Source: an uncultured Acidobacteriaceae bacterium (GTDB lineage: Bacteria; Acidobacteriota; Terriglobia; Terriglobales; Acidobacteriaceae). Taken from it: a DNA stretch of 64,000 nt. Shown here piece by piece: positions 1 to 8,227 of this stretch (the stretch's first letter is position 1; each line of letters begins with the position of its first letter). Position numbers and translations under genes: made by a program. A model generated the notes under the pieces. The model saw only the letters and a program-made list of their open reading frames with translations. It was not told the origin of the DNA and did not search any database. The stretch covers positions 149,112 through 213,111 of the forward strand of contig CAWJRY010000016.1 of NCBI GenBank assembly GCA_963845405.1, read 5' to 3'.

Positions 1-2202
1 TGTTCGCGGAGAGCAGCCGAGAACGCGATGACGCTGTAGATACCGAGCAGGGATAGCAGCACCGCCGCGAGGGCAAAGGCCGTAATGATTGCGGTGTTGA
101 AGCGGCGAGGAGCCTCGCTATCGGAGACCGCGTGCTCCATGCTTTGGATCTGCGTAAGCGGCAGCTGGGGATCAATGGCGCGAACTGTGGCGCGGAGAAC
201 ATTTTCCATCTGCTCCGGTTCCATCGTTGTGCGCAGAGTGACAAAGCCTCCGTTGCCGTTGAGATCTGTGGGTAAGCCCATGGAGCCAACGGATTTCTCA
301 ACCTGTTCGATCGGTTGATACCACTGTTCCTTGTTGGGAGCGTCGGGCGAATTCTCCTTCACGTCGGCGACTTCCCCGACAATGGTCATCCACGGTGTCG
401 ATGTTTCAGGTGTGCCGATGCGGATTCGTTTCCCAACAGGGTCTACGCCGGGCCAGTAGTGCTCGGCGAGTTTGTGGTTGACGATAGCTACCAATTGCGT
501 GTTCTCGGTGTCCGCTGCGGTCAAAAGACGGCCGCCGAGCAACGGAATCTCCATCGCCTGCAGATAATCGCCCTGCACCGTCACCCACGTGGCGAGGTTC
601 ATGCCGGCGCCCGGAGGAGGGACGTAGCCTTCTGCGACAAAGGTCGTGTTGCTGTTGCCGCCCGAAGCTGGGAGAAACGAGGTAAGGCCTACCGACTTCA
701 CGCCGGGAAGCTGCTGCAAACGGTGAATCAATTCATCATTGAACTCATTTACCGCCGGTTGGGTTATGTACTGCTTCTGTGGCAGCGAGTAAGAAGCCAC
801 AAGAACGTGGTCCGGACGGTAGCCGAGATCGACGGCACGCATCTTCTCAAAACTCCGCAGCAGCAAACCGGAGGCGATGAGCAGCACCAGCGCGACGGCA
901 ATCTCACCGACCACCAATGCAGAGCGCAGCCGTGCGTGGCCGCTGCCGGCGCTGCCGGTGCGCCCACTTTCCTTGAGAGTCTCATTCACGCTGGTTTTTA
1001 GGGCTGCGAAGGCCGGAGCCAACCCGCAAACTACGCCCGTGAGCACGGCGAGGATGATGGCGAACGCCACCACCTGCCAGTCGAGGCTGATCTCATCGAG
1101 GCGAGGCAGCGTCTCGGGCAACCAGCTTATGCCCACCCGCAACGCAATGGCGGCCAGAGCCAGTCCGAACAGGCCGCCGCTTACGCTCAAGACGAGACTC
1201 TCCAGAATCGCCTGCCGGAGTAGCGCCCCGGCGCGCGCTCCCAGGGCTAGACGCACCGCGATTTCGCGGCGGCGCCGAATGGCGCGGACCAGCAGCAACC
1301 CCGCAAGATTAGCGCAGGCGATGAGCAGCACAACCACGATCGCAAGAAATAGAGTGCGCACTAGTTGTCGAGCCTGCTCAACAGTTTCCTCATGAAGCGA
1401 GCGCACCACCGCTCGTATGTGCATACTCGTCATAAAGGCGGGATAGTTGCGCATGGTCTCCTTGGCCACGCGTTGGGCATCGCTTTCTGCCTGAGCCGCG
1501 GTCATGCCCGGCTTGAGCCTTCCGACCATGTAGAAGTTCCAATTCGCTGCTGCGCTCGGGCTCAGTTCCTGCTGCGTGAAGCTCATCGGAACCCATAGCT
1601 CGCTGCTGTTCAGGTGGCCCGGCACCAGAGGGAACTCAAAGTTTCGTGGCATCACGGCAATCACCACATAGGGCTTGCGGTCCAGCAGGATCTTGGTTCC
1701 CAGCACGTGCGGATCGCCGTGCAGGCGGTTTTGCCAGAGCGAATAGCTGATCACTGTTACTTGTTCTTTCTGATCATCTTCCTGTTGCGTAAAGATACGG
1801 CCCAGGAGAGGCTCGACCTTCAGAGCGGGAAAAACTCCGCCCGAAAGGCGCGCTCCGGTCACCTGCGCGGGGTCACCGATTCCGGAGAGTTCGTAGCCGT
1901 TTTGTGTATACCCGCCCAGACTTTCGAAGCTGTGGGTATCACGCGTGTACGCCTGAATGTCAGGTGCGGTCACGCCCACCTCACCGTTACCTCCGAGGTC
2001 TGCGCCCTGCAGAATATCGGCGATCTGCACCACTTGCTCGGAATGCGGGAAGGGCAGCGGCCGTAACAGAACTCCCTCGACGATCGAGAAGATGGCCGTA
2101 GTGGCGCCGATTCCGAGCGCCAGCATCAGAACGGCGGTCGCCGCGAAGGCGGGAGATTTCAACAAATGGCGGATTGCGATCCGTAGCTCCTGGAAGGTCA
2201 TC
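1..2202 (-). CDS. ADOP-family duplicated FtsX/MacB-like ABC transporter permease (C-terminus runs off the window start)
   Basis: My own minus-strand translation from the ATG at ~2200-2202 reads MTFQELRIAIRHLLKSPAFAATAVLMLALGIGATTAIFSIVEGVLLRPLPF... The frame stays open to position 1 and contains two FtsX-like TM blocks. It is absent from the ORF track because there is no stop inside the window. The plus-strand ORFs in this region are shadow ORFs. Confidence 0.85.
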
Positions 2203-2433
2203 GCGTGGTTCCTCGTCGGTTTCCCTGGGATGAGTGAGAAAGCTCAGTGCAGCTTCTCTTCCAAAATGCGAATCGAGCTAAGTGATTGGGCCCACAAGGT
2301 CTAGGAACGGGGCACGGGTAGATCGGTAGGGATGATTCGTCCGGATTCGAAATCGGTTGTCCGCGCGTGGACACAGCCTGGATGGGTTGAAGTCCGCAGC
2401 TTCCCCCGTCGTTCCCTGGCTCGCGCCGGATCC

Positions 2434-2443
2434 GGGGGGGGGG
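2434..2443. repeat. G10 homopolymer tract in a divergent promoter region
   Basis: tcc gggggggggg cgc. The shadow-ORF translation ..GSGGGAQ.. confirms the length. Confidence 0.9.
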
Positions 2444-2476
2444 CGCAACCCTATGAAATCAGGCCAAATCCCTTTC

Positions 2477-2505
2477 TTGACATGAATTACAAATTGCAAT
2501 ATATT
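2477..2505 (+). promoter_or_regulatory. Candidate sigma-70 promoter of the XRE/flotillin/PspA operon
   Basis: TTGACA (2477-2482), a 17-nt spacer, then TATATT (2500-2505), about 17 nt upstream of the ATG at 2522. The 10-bp perfect palindrome CAATATATTG overlaps the -10 box. Confidence 0.5.
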
Positions 2506-2521
2506 GATTGCGATCTGAAAT

Positions 2522-3073
2522 ATGAAGCTGGGAGAGAAAATCCGTTACCTGCGCGAAGTGGAAGGATCGTTGCGCGGTTTAGGACGCCCGATGACCCAAT
2601 TAGAGCTAGTGCGCGGCCTGCGCGAAGAACTCGGCAAGGGCTCGAGAAAAGGCGCGAAAAAGCAGAGCACGATCAGCCAATCGTACCTGTCGCAGATCGA
2701 AAGCGGAGCGCGGCCACATATGACGCAGTCGTCGCGCGCGTTGCTGGCGAAGTTTTTCAAGGTGCATCCAGGATTTCTGGTGGACGATCCGGAGGGTTAT
2801 CACGCTGAGTTGACTTCGGATTTGCGCACTACCGAGGGCCAGTTGGATGTGTGGCTCCTGCAGGGATCGGAGCGGTTTGCGAACGATCCGGAAGTGAGCC
2901 GCGTGCTGATCAAGGCTGCACGCGAAAAAGATACGCGCCGCTGTCTGCTATTGCTGGGCGCGATTTTAGACACGCCGGGACTGGCTGACCGTTTGCTCGA
3001 AGCGCTGCGACCGGAACTGGCTGCGGGCGGCAATCACAGTGCCGCGAATCCGGAAGGGAGGCGAATCCGATGA
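2522..3073 (+). CDS. XRE-family helix-turn-helix transcriptional regulator with a ~110-aa C-terminal extension
   Basis: The N-terminus carries an HTH_3-like signature (...TQLELV...STISQSYLSQIESGARP). The stop overlaps the next start (ATGA at 3070-3073). Confidence 0.8.
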   Translation: MKLGEKIRYLREVEGSLRGLGRPMTQLELVRGLREELGKGSRKGAKKQSTISQSYLSQIESGARPHMTQSSRALLAKFFKVHPGFLVDDPEGYHAELTSDLRTTEGQLDVWLLQGSERFANDPEVSRVLIKAAREKDTRRCLLLLGAILDTPGLADRLLEALRPELAAGGNHSAANPEGRRIR

Positions 3074-3738
3074 CGTCATCGACAGGGTTTACCTGGGCAG
3101 ACTTCTATTTGATCTGTTTTGCGGTCGGCTTCTGCTTCAGCTTCTTCTCGTTTGTTTTTGGAGGCTCGCGCTTTGGCCGCATGCATCTGCCGCACTTTCA
3201 CGGGCACGCCGCGCCGCACTTGCCAGCGGCACATGCTCCCGCCGCACATGGCTCCGGCGCGCACCCGGTCGCGACTACGCAGGCGGGGGACGCGAATCAC
3301 CCTTTACACAGTGGCGTATCGCCGTTCAACTTCGTCACTTTGACGGCGTTCCTGGCTTGGTTCGGCGGCACGGGCTATCTGTTGACGCGATTTTCGGAAG
3401 TCTGGGTCGGTTTGGGGCTGATCCTTTCGATCTTCAGCGGGCTGGTCGGTGGCGGAATCATTTTTCTCTTCCTGACCAGAATTCTGATGTCGGAGGAAGA
3501 GACCATGGATCCCGCGGATTACGAAATGGTGGGAGTGCTGGGGCGTATCAGCAGTCCGATCCGCGAGGGCGGCACAGGCGAGTTGATCTACTCGCAGATG
3601 GGAACGCGGCGCGTTTGTGGGGCGCGCAGCGATGACGGAACGGCGCTTGCTAAGGGACTTGAAGTCGTGGTCACGCGGTACGAAAAGGGATTGGCTTATG
3701 TCCGTTTGTGGACCGAGATGTCGGGAGAGCAGGAATAG
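3070..3738 (+). CDS. NfeD/YqiJ-like membrane protein with a C-terminal OB-fold
   Basis: TM helices plus a C-terminal soluble segment (VGVLGRISSPIREGGTGELIY...VVVTRYEKGLAYV) typical of NfeD. It lies immediately upstream of a flotillin gene, which is the classical NfeD-SPFH pairing. Confidence 0.7.
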   Translation: MTSSTGFTWADFYLICFAVGFCFSFFSFVFGGSRFGRMHLPHFHGHAAPHLPAAHAPAAHGSGAHPVATTQAGDANHPLHSGVSPFNFVTLTAFLAWFGGTGYLLTRFSEVWVGLGLILSIFSGLVGGGIIFLFLTRILMSEEETMDPADYEMVGVLGRISSPIREGGTGELIYSQMGTRRVCGARSDDGTALAKGLEVVVTRYEKGLAYVRLWTEMSGEQE

Positions 3739-3791
3739 GGACGAAAAAACGAGACAAGTTTAAAAAACTGAATTCTGATTGGGGAGGCGTT

Positions 3792-5231
3792 ATGCCAGAA
3801 ATGTCAAGAATGGTGGAGATCTGGATCATTGTCGGGCTTGCAATCATGGCCGTGCTGTTCCTGACGAGCATGCTGGCCAGGCTCTATCGCAAAGCGGGTC
3901 CACACGAAGCGCTCATCGTGTACGGCTTCGGTGGAACGCGGGTCGTCAAAGGCCACGGCACGCTGGTGTTTCCCATGGTGCAGGTTTGTCGCGAGCTTTC
4001 GCTCGAGCTCATGTCGTTCGACGTGGCACCGCAGCAGGATCTCTACACCAAGCAAGGCGTGGCCGTGACCGTCGAGGCCGTGGCGCAGATCAAGGTGAAA
4101 TCTGATACGGAGTCGATCCTCACGGCGTCGGAACAGTTCCTCACCAAGAGTGACGATGAGCGGCAAGGCCTGATCCGGCTGGTGATGGAAGGCCATCTGC
4201 GCGGCATCATCGGGCAGCTCACGGTGGAAGAAATCGTCAAACAACCGGAGATGGTTTCCGACCGCATGCGCGGCACCTGCGCCGACGATATGAACAAGAT
4301 GGGGCTTGAGGTGATCTCATTCACCATCAAGGAAGTGCGCGACAAGAACGAATACATCACCAACATGGGCCGGCCAGACGTTGCCCGCATCAAGCGCGAT
4401 GCTGACGTGGCAACGGCGGAAGCTGATCGCGATACAGCGATCCGGCGAGCCGTCGCGACCCGCGAATCGGCTGTCGCGAAAGCGCAGGCCGATCAGGAAC
4501 GCGTATTGGCCGAAACCTTGTCGATGGCGAAACAGGCCGAAGCGCAGCGCGATCTGGAAGTGAAGAAGGCGCAATTCCTGGAAGTCACCAAGCGCCAGCA
4601 GGCGCAAGCCGACAAAGCGTATGACATCCAGACCAACATCATGCAGCAACAGGTCATCGCCGAGCAGGTGAAGGTGCAGCAAGTCGAGAAAGAACAGCAG
4701 GTCAAAGTGCAGGAAGCGGAAATCAATCGCCGAGAAAAAGAACTGATCGCAACTGTGTTGAAAGGGGCAGAGATCGAGCGTCAGCGGATTGAAACGCTGG
4801 CCGCAGCCGAAAAGCAGCGTCTGATCGCGGAAGCCGAAGGCCACGCGTCGGCGATCCGCGCACAGGGCGAAGCCGAAGCCGAAATCATCTTCAAGAAAGG
4901 CGAATCGGAGGCCAAGGCCATGAACGTAAAAGCCGAGGCATATCAGGAATACAACCAGGCCGCGGTTCTCGACCGATTGTTCACCACCATGCCCGAAGTG
5001 GTGAGGGCATTGGCGGCTCCGCTGGCCAATGTCGACAAGATCACCATCGTCTCGACCGGTAACGGCGATACATCGGGGATGAATAAGATCACCGGAGACA
5101 TCACCAAGATGGCGGCGCAGATGCCGGCGTTGTTCGAAACGCTCTCCGGCATGCCGCTATCGGAACTACTGGGCAAGGTGCGGCTGATCGGGGACAAAGG
5201 GGCGAAACCGCCGGCAGTCGACGGTAAGTGA
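3792..5231 (+). CDS. Flotillin (SPFH/band-7) family protein
   Basis: N-terminal TM, an SPFH domain, then a long Ala/Glu/Gln-rich coiled coil (flotillin repeats). I prefer the ATG at 3792, which is preceded by GGGAGG, over the track start at 3708, which would overlap the NfeD gene. Confidence 0.9.
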   Translation: MPEMSRMVEIWIIVGLAIMAVLFLTSMLARLYRKAGPHEALIVYGFGGTRVVKGHGTLVFPMVQVCRELSLELMSFDVAPQQDLYTKQGVAVTVEAVAQIKVKSDTESILTASEQFLTKSDDERQGLIRLVMEGHLRGIIGQLTVEEIVKQPEMVSDRMRGTCADDMNKMGLEVISFTIKEVRDKNEYITNMGRPDVARIKRDADVATAEADRDTAIRRAVATRESAVAKAQADQERVLAETLSMAKQAEAQRDLEVKKAQFLEVTKRQQAQADKAYDIQTNIMQQQVIAEQVKVQQVEKEQQVKVQEAEINRREKELIATVLKGAEIERQRIETLAAAEKQRLIAEAEGHASAIRAQGEAEAEIIFKKGESEAKAMNVKAEAYQEYNQAAVLDRLFTTMPEVVRALAAPLANVDKITIVSTGNGDTSGMNKITGDITKMAAQMPALFETLSGMPLSELLGKVRLIGDKGAKPPAVDGK

Positions 5232-5327
5232 GTACGGCTCGTGTGGGACGGGCGAATACGCCCGTTCCGCGAGCGACCTGAGGCGATAGGAGCACTTGAA
5301 CCTGGCAGTCACTGAACCTGGAGCGGA

Positions 5328-5555
5328 GTGATGAACAAATCGAAACATACGGGATTGGGGATTGCGCTGGGCGCGGTGCTGGGCGCGGTGTTCGGCGTGA
5401 TGGCGGGACACGTCGCTGTGTGGCTAGCCATTGGAGTCGCGATCGGCATGGCGCTGGGTTCGACCTTCCGACGCAGGGGACTCGACTGTCCGGCCTGTGC
5501 GGAGATTCATCAAACGCACGAAGCGAGAGATATGAGGCAACAAGCTAAGAGCTGA
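5328..5555 (+). CDS. Small glycine-zipper membrane protein with a C-terminal CPAC motif
   Basis: 75-aa ORF (GLGIALGAVLGAVFGVMAG...GVAIGMALG). The likely start is the ATG at 5331, with GGAG 7 nt upstream. Its stop lies inside a heptamer array. Confidence 0.5.
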   Translation: MMNKSKHTGLGIALGAVLGAVFGVMAGHVAVWLAIGVAIGMALGSTFRRRGLDCPACAEIHQTHEARDMRQQAKS

Positions 5556-5570
5556 CAGCAGATAGCTGAG
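5543..5570. repeat. Heptamer array AGCTAAG AGCTGAC AGCAGAT AGCTGAG
   Basis: Four AGC-anchored 7-nt units read directly from the sequence. They contain the TGA stop (5553-5555) of the upstream gene, and stops occur in all three frames across 5546-5574. Confidence 0.8.
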
Positions 5571-5591
5571 CTAACAAAAAAGGAGTCCATC

Positions 5592-6251
5592 ATGGCATTA
5601 CTGGAGCGCGTTTCAACACTGGTTCGAGCCAATCTCAACGACCTGATCGATAAGGCCGAAGATCCGGAAAAAATGATCAAGCAGGTAATTCTCGATATGC
5701 AGAACCAGCTTCTGCAGGTCAAGACGCAGGTCGCGATTGCGATCGCCGACCAGCACTTGCTCGAAAAAAAGCAGAAAGAGAATGAAGACAAAGTCACCGA
5801 ATGGATGCGCAAAGCCGAGCTGGCCGTCGACAAAAAAGCCGACGACCTGGCGCGCGCGTCACTGCAGCGGGTGGAGAGTTATCGCGAACTGAGCGAAAAC
5901 TTTACACAACAGGTGGCCGACCAGAAGGCGCAGGTGGAAAACCTGAAAACTGCCCTGCGGCAACTGGAGCAGAAGCTGACTGAAGCGCAAGCCAAAGCCG
6001 ACGTGCTGATTGCACAGCATCGCCGTGCTCGCGCCGTGGGCAAGGCCAGTGATGCGCGCCTGGCGTCGGGCGATGGCTCCAAGGCCGCGGCTTTTGACCG
6101 CATGAAGCACAAGGTGGCGCACTCCGAGGCACTGAGTCAGGCCAAGTCGGAAATCGCCGGCGACAACATCGACGACCGTTTGGCCGCGCTCGAAAAAGAA
6201 GACCGCATTGAGCAGTTGCTGGTGGAGTTGAAGACCAAACGCGGCGCGTGA
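5592..6251 (+). CDS. pspA: PspA/IM30 family protein (phage shock protein A)
   Basis: MALLERVSTLVRANLNDLIDKAEDPEKMIKQVILDMQNQL... is the canonical PspA/IM30 N-terminus, followed by coiled coil. Confidence 0.9.
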   Translation: MALLERVSTLVRANLNDLIDKAEDPEKMIKQVILDMQNQLLQVKTQVAIAIADQHLLEKKQKENEDKVTEWMRKAELAVDKKADDLARASLQRVESYRELSENFTQQVADQKAQVENLKTALRQLEQKLTEAQAKADVLIAQHRRARAVGKASDARLASGDGSKAAAFDRMKHKVAHSEALSQAKSEIAGDNIDDRLAALEKEDRIEQLLVELKTKRGA

Positions 6252-6253
6252 GC

Positions 6254-6346
6254 ATGACCGAGCAGGCAAATAGGGCACGCCTTATCGCCATCGTAATTGG
6301 CATTGTCCTCCTCATCGGCGCACTGCTGATGAAGCGGCTTCGCTAG
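6254..6346 (+). CDS. Possible 30-aa single-TM peptide
   Basis: My own translation gives MTEQANRARLIAIVIGIVLLIGALLMKRLR*. It starts 3 nt after the pspA stop. It is too short for the ORF track and is supported only by its position and hydrophobic core. Confidence 0.3.
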   Translation: MTEQANRARLIAIVIGIVLLIGALLMKRLR

Positions 6347-6384
6347 AAGTGCGTTTAGATTGAAGTGAATTTCCTGGAGGCAGG

Positions 6385-6567
6385 ATGATTCGTAAAAAGT
6401 TGAGTTTCTTAATCCGTGTCGGATCCTTGGCCTTAGCCGCAGGCCTTATTGTTCAATTGTGGGCGCACGGCCGCACTTCTCATTTCATCGCCGGATTTCT
6501 GATCGGTATCTCCATCGTCTTTCTGATCTCCGGTGCGTTAGGGCGATCGAAAGGCATTTCTGGGTGA
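6385..6567 (+). CDS. Small two-TM membrane protein
   Basis: 60-aa ORF with two hydrophobic helices, preceded by GGAGG. It is on the same strand as pspA. Confidence 0.4.
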   Translation: MIRKKLSFLIRVGSLALAAGLIVQLWAHGRTSHFIAGFLIGISIVFLISGALGRSKGISG

Positions 6568-6623
6568 GTCTGATTCGTCGTAGCCGAGGCCGGTCTCGCA
6601 GAAACCGAACACCCAAGGGGGCA

Positions 6624-7031
6624 CTATGCCTTGGTCCAGTCTTCGATCTTCAGCCGCTTCACGCGATGGAAGACCCGATCATGCGTGACCAGAATCGCGG
6701 GCATGGCCAGAGCATGGGCGGCAATCATCATGTCGAGGTTGCCCATAGGTTCGCCTGCTCGATCGAGGACGGCTCGGAGACCCGCGCAGGACTTCGCGGC
6801 TGCCGAATCCCAGGGCAGGATCTCAACGCGTAACAGAAATTCTTCGACGGCCAACTCAAGCCGCGATGCTCCCGGCTTTCTCGCAACTCCAAATCTCACC
6901 TCGGCCTCAGTGATTACGGAGATGCCAACTTCAGCCATCGGCACCTTTACGAGTGCCTCTCGCACGTGGGGAAAGTTGCCCTTGATCACGTAGCTGACCA
7001 TGTTCGTGTCGAGCAGGTAGCGGACAGGCAT
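6624..7031 (-). CDS. vapC: Type II toxin VapC (PIN-domain ribonuclease)
   Basis: YLLDTNMVSY...ITEAE...THD match the PIN acidic-residue pattern. The start overlaps the vapB stop. Confidence 0.9.
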   Translation of the reverse strand: MPVRYLLDTNMVSYVIKGNFPHVREALVKVPMAEVGISVITEAEVRFGVARKPGASRLELAVEEFLLRVEILPWDSAAAKSCAGLRAVLDRAGEPMGNLDMMIAAHALAMPAILVTHDRVFHRVKRLKIEDWTKA

Positions 7032-7273
7032 TAGAAAAGCTTCCGTTTTTGTGGGGGAGCGTCGCGGCGGTCGGCCATGAAATCGTCAGGAATATCGAGG
7101 GCGCTGGTCAAATCGAAGAGATCTTCCCAGCTCTCGGGCCGGCGTGAAAGGATTACGTCTCCGCTGACGGGATCGCGCCGGACGTACACTTCCGAGCCTT
7201 CGAAGCGGAAGTCAACGGGCAGGCGGACCGCCTGGCTACGTCCGTTGCGGAACAGTTTGGCAGTGTGAGGCAT
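7031..7273 (-). CDS. vapB: Type II antitoxin VapB (AbrB/SpoVT-like)
   Basis: [24 protein letters not shown] is a typical AbrB-type antitoxin N-terminus. I prefer the ATG at 7271-7273 with GAGGAA upstream, because the track start at 7300 lies inside the operator palindrome. Confidence 0.85.
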   Translation of the reverse strand: MPHTAKLFRNGRSQAVRLPVDFRFEGSEVYVRRDPVSGDVILSRRPESWEDLFDLTSALDIPDDFMADRRDAPPQKRKLF

Positions 7274-7289
7274 GGCCGGTTCCTCAATG

Positions 7290-7321
7290 ATAGATACCAT
7301 AGTCTATCACATGGTATCTAT
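7290..7321. promoter_or_regulatory. Candidate vapBC operator (11-bp perfect inverted repeat)
   Basis: ATAGATACCAT-N10-ATGGTATCTAT lies 17-48 nt upstream of the vapB start. A nested TGATAGA/TCTATCA palindrome sits within it. Confidence 0.5.
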
Positions 7322-7555
7322 TTTGGTATATATCAATGCGTTGAAAATTTCTCCCGTTCCTTTCTTCGCGCAAGCCCTGCAAAATTCTGGCTTAGCCAGA
7401 ACTCCTTCCAGAGGATTCCTCACCGAAACAACCGATGGTTCCGCGCAACAATTTTCAGTCCGCAGGGTTCGTATTCATCAAGCAAGCGAACCGAGAAAAT
7501 AAGCTGTCGCGGCGATGCCGGTGGCCATCGGCCCGCCCCTTTTGAGGACTAGGTC

Positions 7556-7570
7556 CAAGACCCGGTCTTG
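7556..7570. promoter_or_regulatory. 7-1-7 palindrome CAAGACC c GGTCTTG upstream of a lipoprotein gene
   Basis: Perfect arms, located 50 nt upstream of the ATG at 7620. The spacing is too tight for an RNA hairpin, so it looks like a dimeric protein-binding site. Confidence 0.35.
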
Positions 7571-7619
7571 AGAACCCAGGAAGCGCGCCCTTCCGAAATT
7601 TCATATTGAGGGATTATTT

Positions 7620-8060
7620 ATGAAGCAGTCTATTGCAGCAGTGGTAGTCGGAGTGTGCCTGATTCTGGCGGCTTGCGGCGCGAACCGCGTGAATCCTGCC
7701 ACGATTAACGGCGGTTGGAACGCCACATTGACCGATAACGGCAACGCAACCGCGTTCAGTTTTGGGATGTCGCTGATTGTGAATGGCGACGGGACGCTGG
7801 GAGTCAGCAATTTCACCTTCACAACCAACTCACCGTGCTTCGTCTCCGGCGGAAGCGAGAGCGGTTCATTTATTCTGAGCGGCACCTTCAATGGGACCGT
7901 GACCGGCAAATTTAATTTTGCTGTACAGTCCGGTTCTCCGGCTGGCAATACGCTGACCCTCGCAGGGACGGCGAACGGAAATACGATCGCGGGAACGTGG
8001 ACTTTGACCGGAGGCACCGGCTGCACCGGCTCAGGCCTGTTCACGATGACGAAGATGTAG
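7620..8060 (+). CDS. Lipoprotein of unknown function (paralog A)
   Basis: Signal peptide with lipobox LILAAC. The protein is Gly/Thr/Asn-rich and beta-type, with C-terminal motif GTWTLTGGTGCTGSG. Confidence 0.75.
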   Translation: MKQSIAAVVVGVCLILAACGANRVNPATINGGWNATLTDNGNATAFSFGMSLIVNGDGTLGVSNFTFTTNSPCFVSGGSESGSFILSGTFNGTVTGKFNFAVQSGSPAGNTLTLAGTANGNTIAGTWTLTGGTGCTGSGLFTMTKM

Positions 8061-8079
8061 TTCGTCCGGAATCCGGGGC

Positions 8080-8101
8080 GGCATGCCACGCCAGGCATGC
8101 C
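8080..8101. repeat. GGCATGCC-N6-GGCATGCC hairpin
   Basis: Two copies of the self-complementary octamer lie 20 nt after the stop of lipoprotein A. The same octamer pair recurs at ~52965-52985. Confidence 0.6.
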
Positions 8102-8227
8102 TCCGGCATCCCTCACCAGGATACTTACAACCCGGGCCCGTAAGATGCAATTTCCGAGGGTGCATCCATTGACGGGACTGCCCGCATCTCTTTATTCTCA
8201 TAGTGATTCCAATCCCAAGGACGGTCC

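Noticed and set aside
315-2304. Plus-strand ORFs 315..1001, 877..1395, 1614..2066 and 1957..2304
   Set aside because: They lie antisense to a continuous, family-recognisable ADOP permease frame. Their Arg/Ala/Pro-rich, domain-less translations are typical of GC-rich shadow ORFs.
2335-2375. tRNA-like TTCGAA motif (ccggattcgaaatcgg)
   Set aside because: No acceptor, D or anticodon arms can be drawn, and the base before the putative T-loop is wrong. It is only a short palindrome.
3708-3791. N-terminal extension of flotillin from the track start
   Set aside because: It would overlap the NfeD gene's 3' end. The ATG at 3792 has a GGGAGG SD and starts directly at the TM helix.
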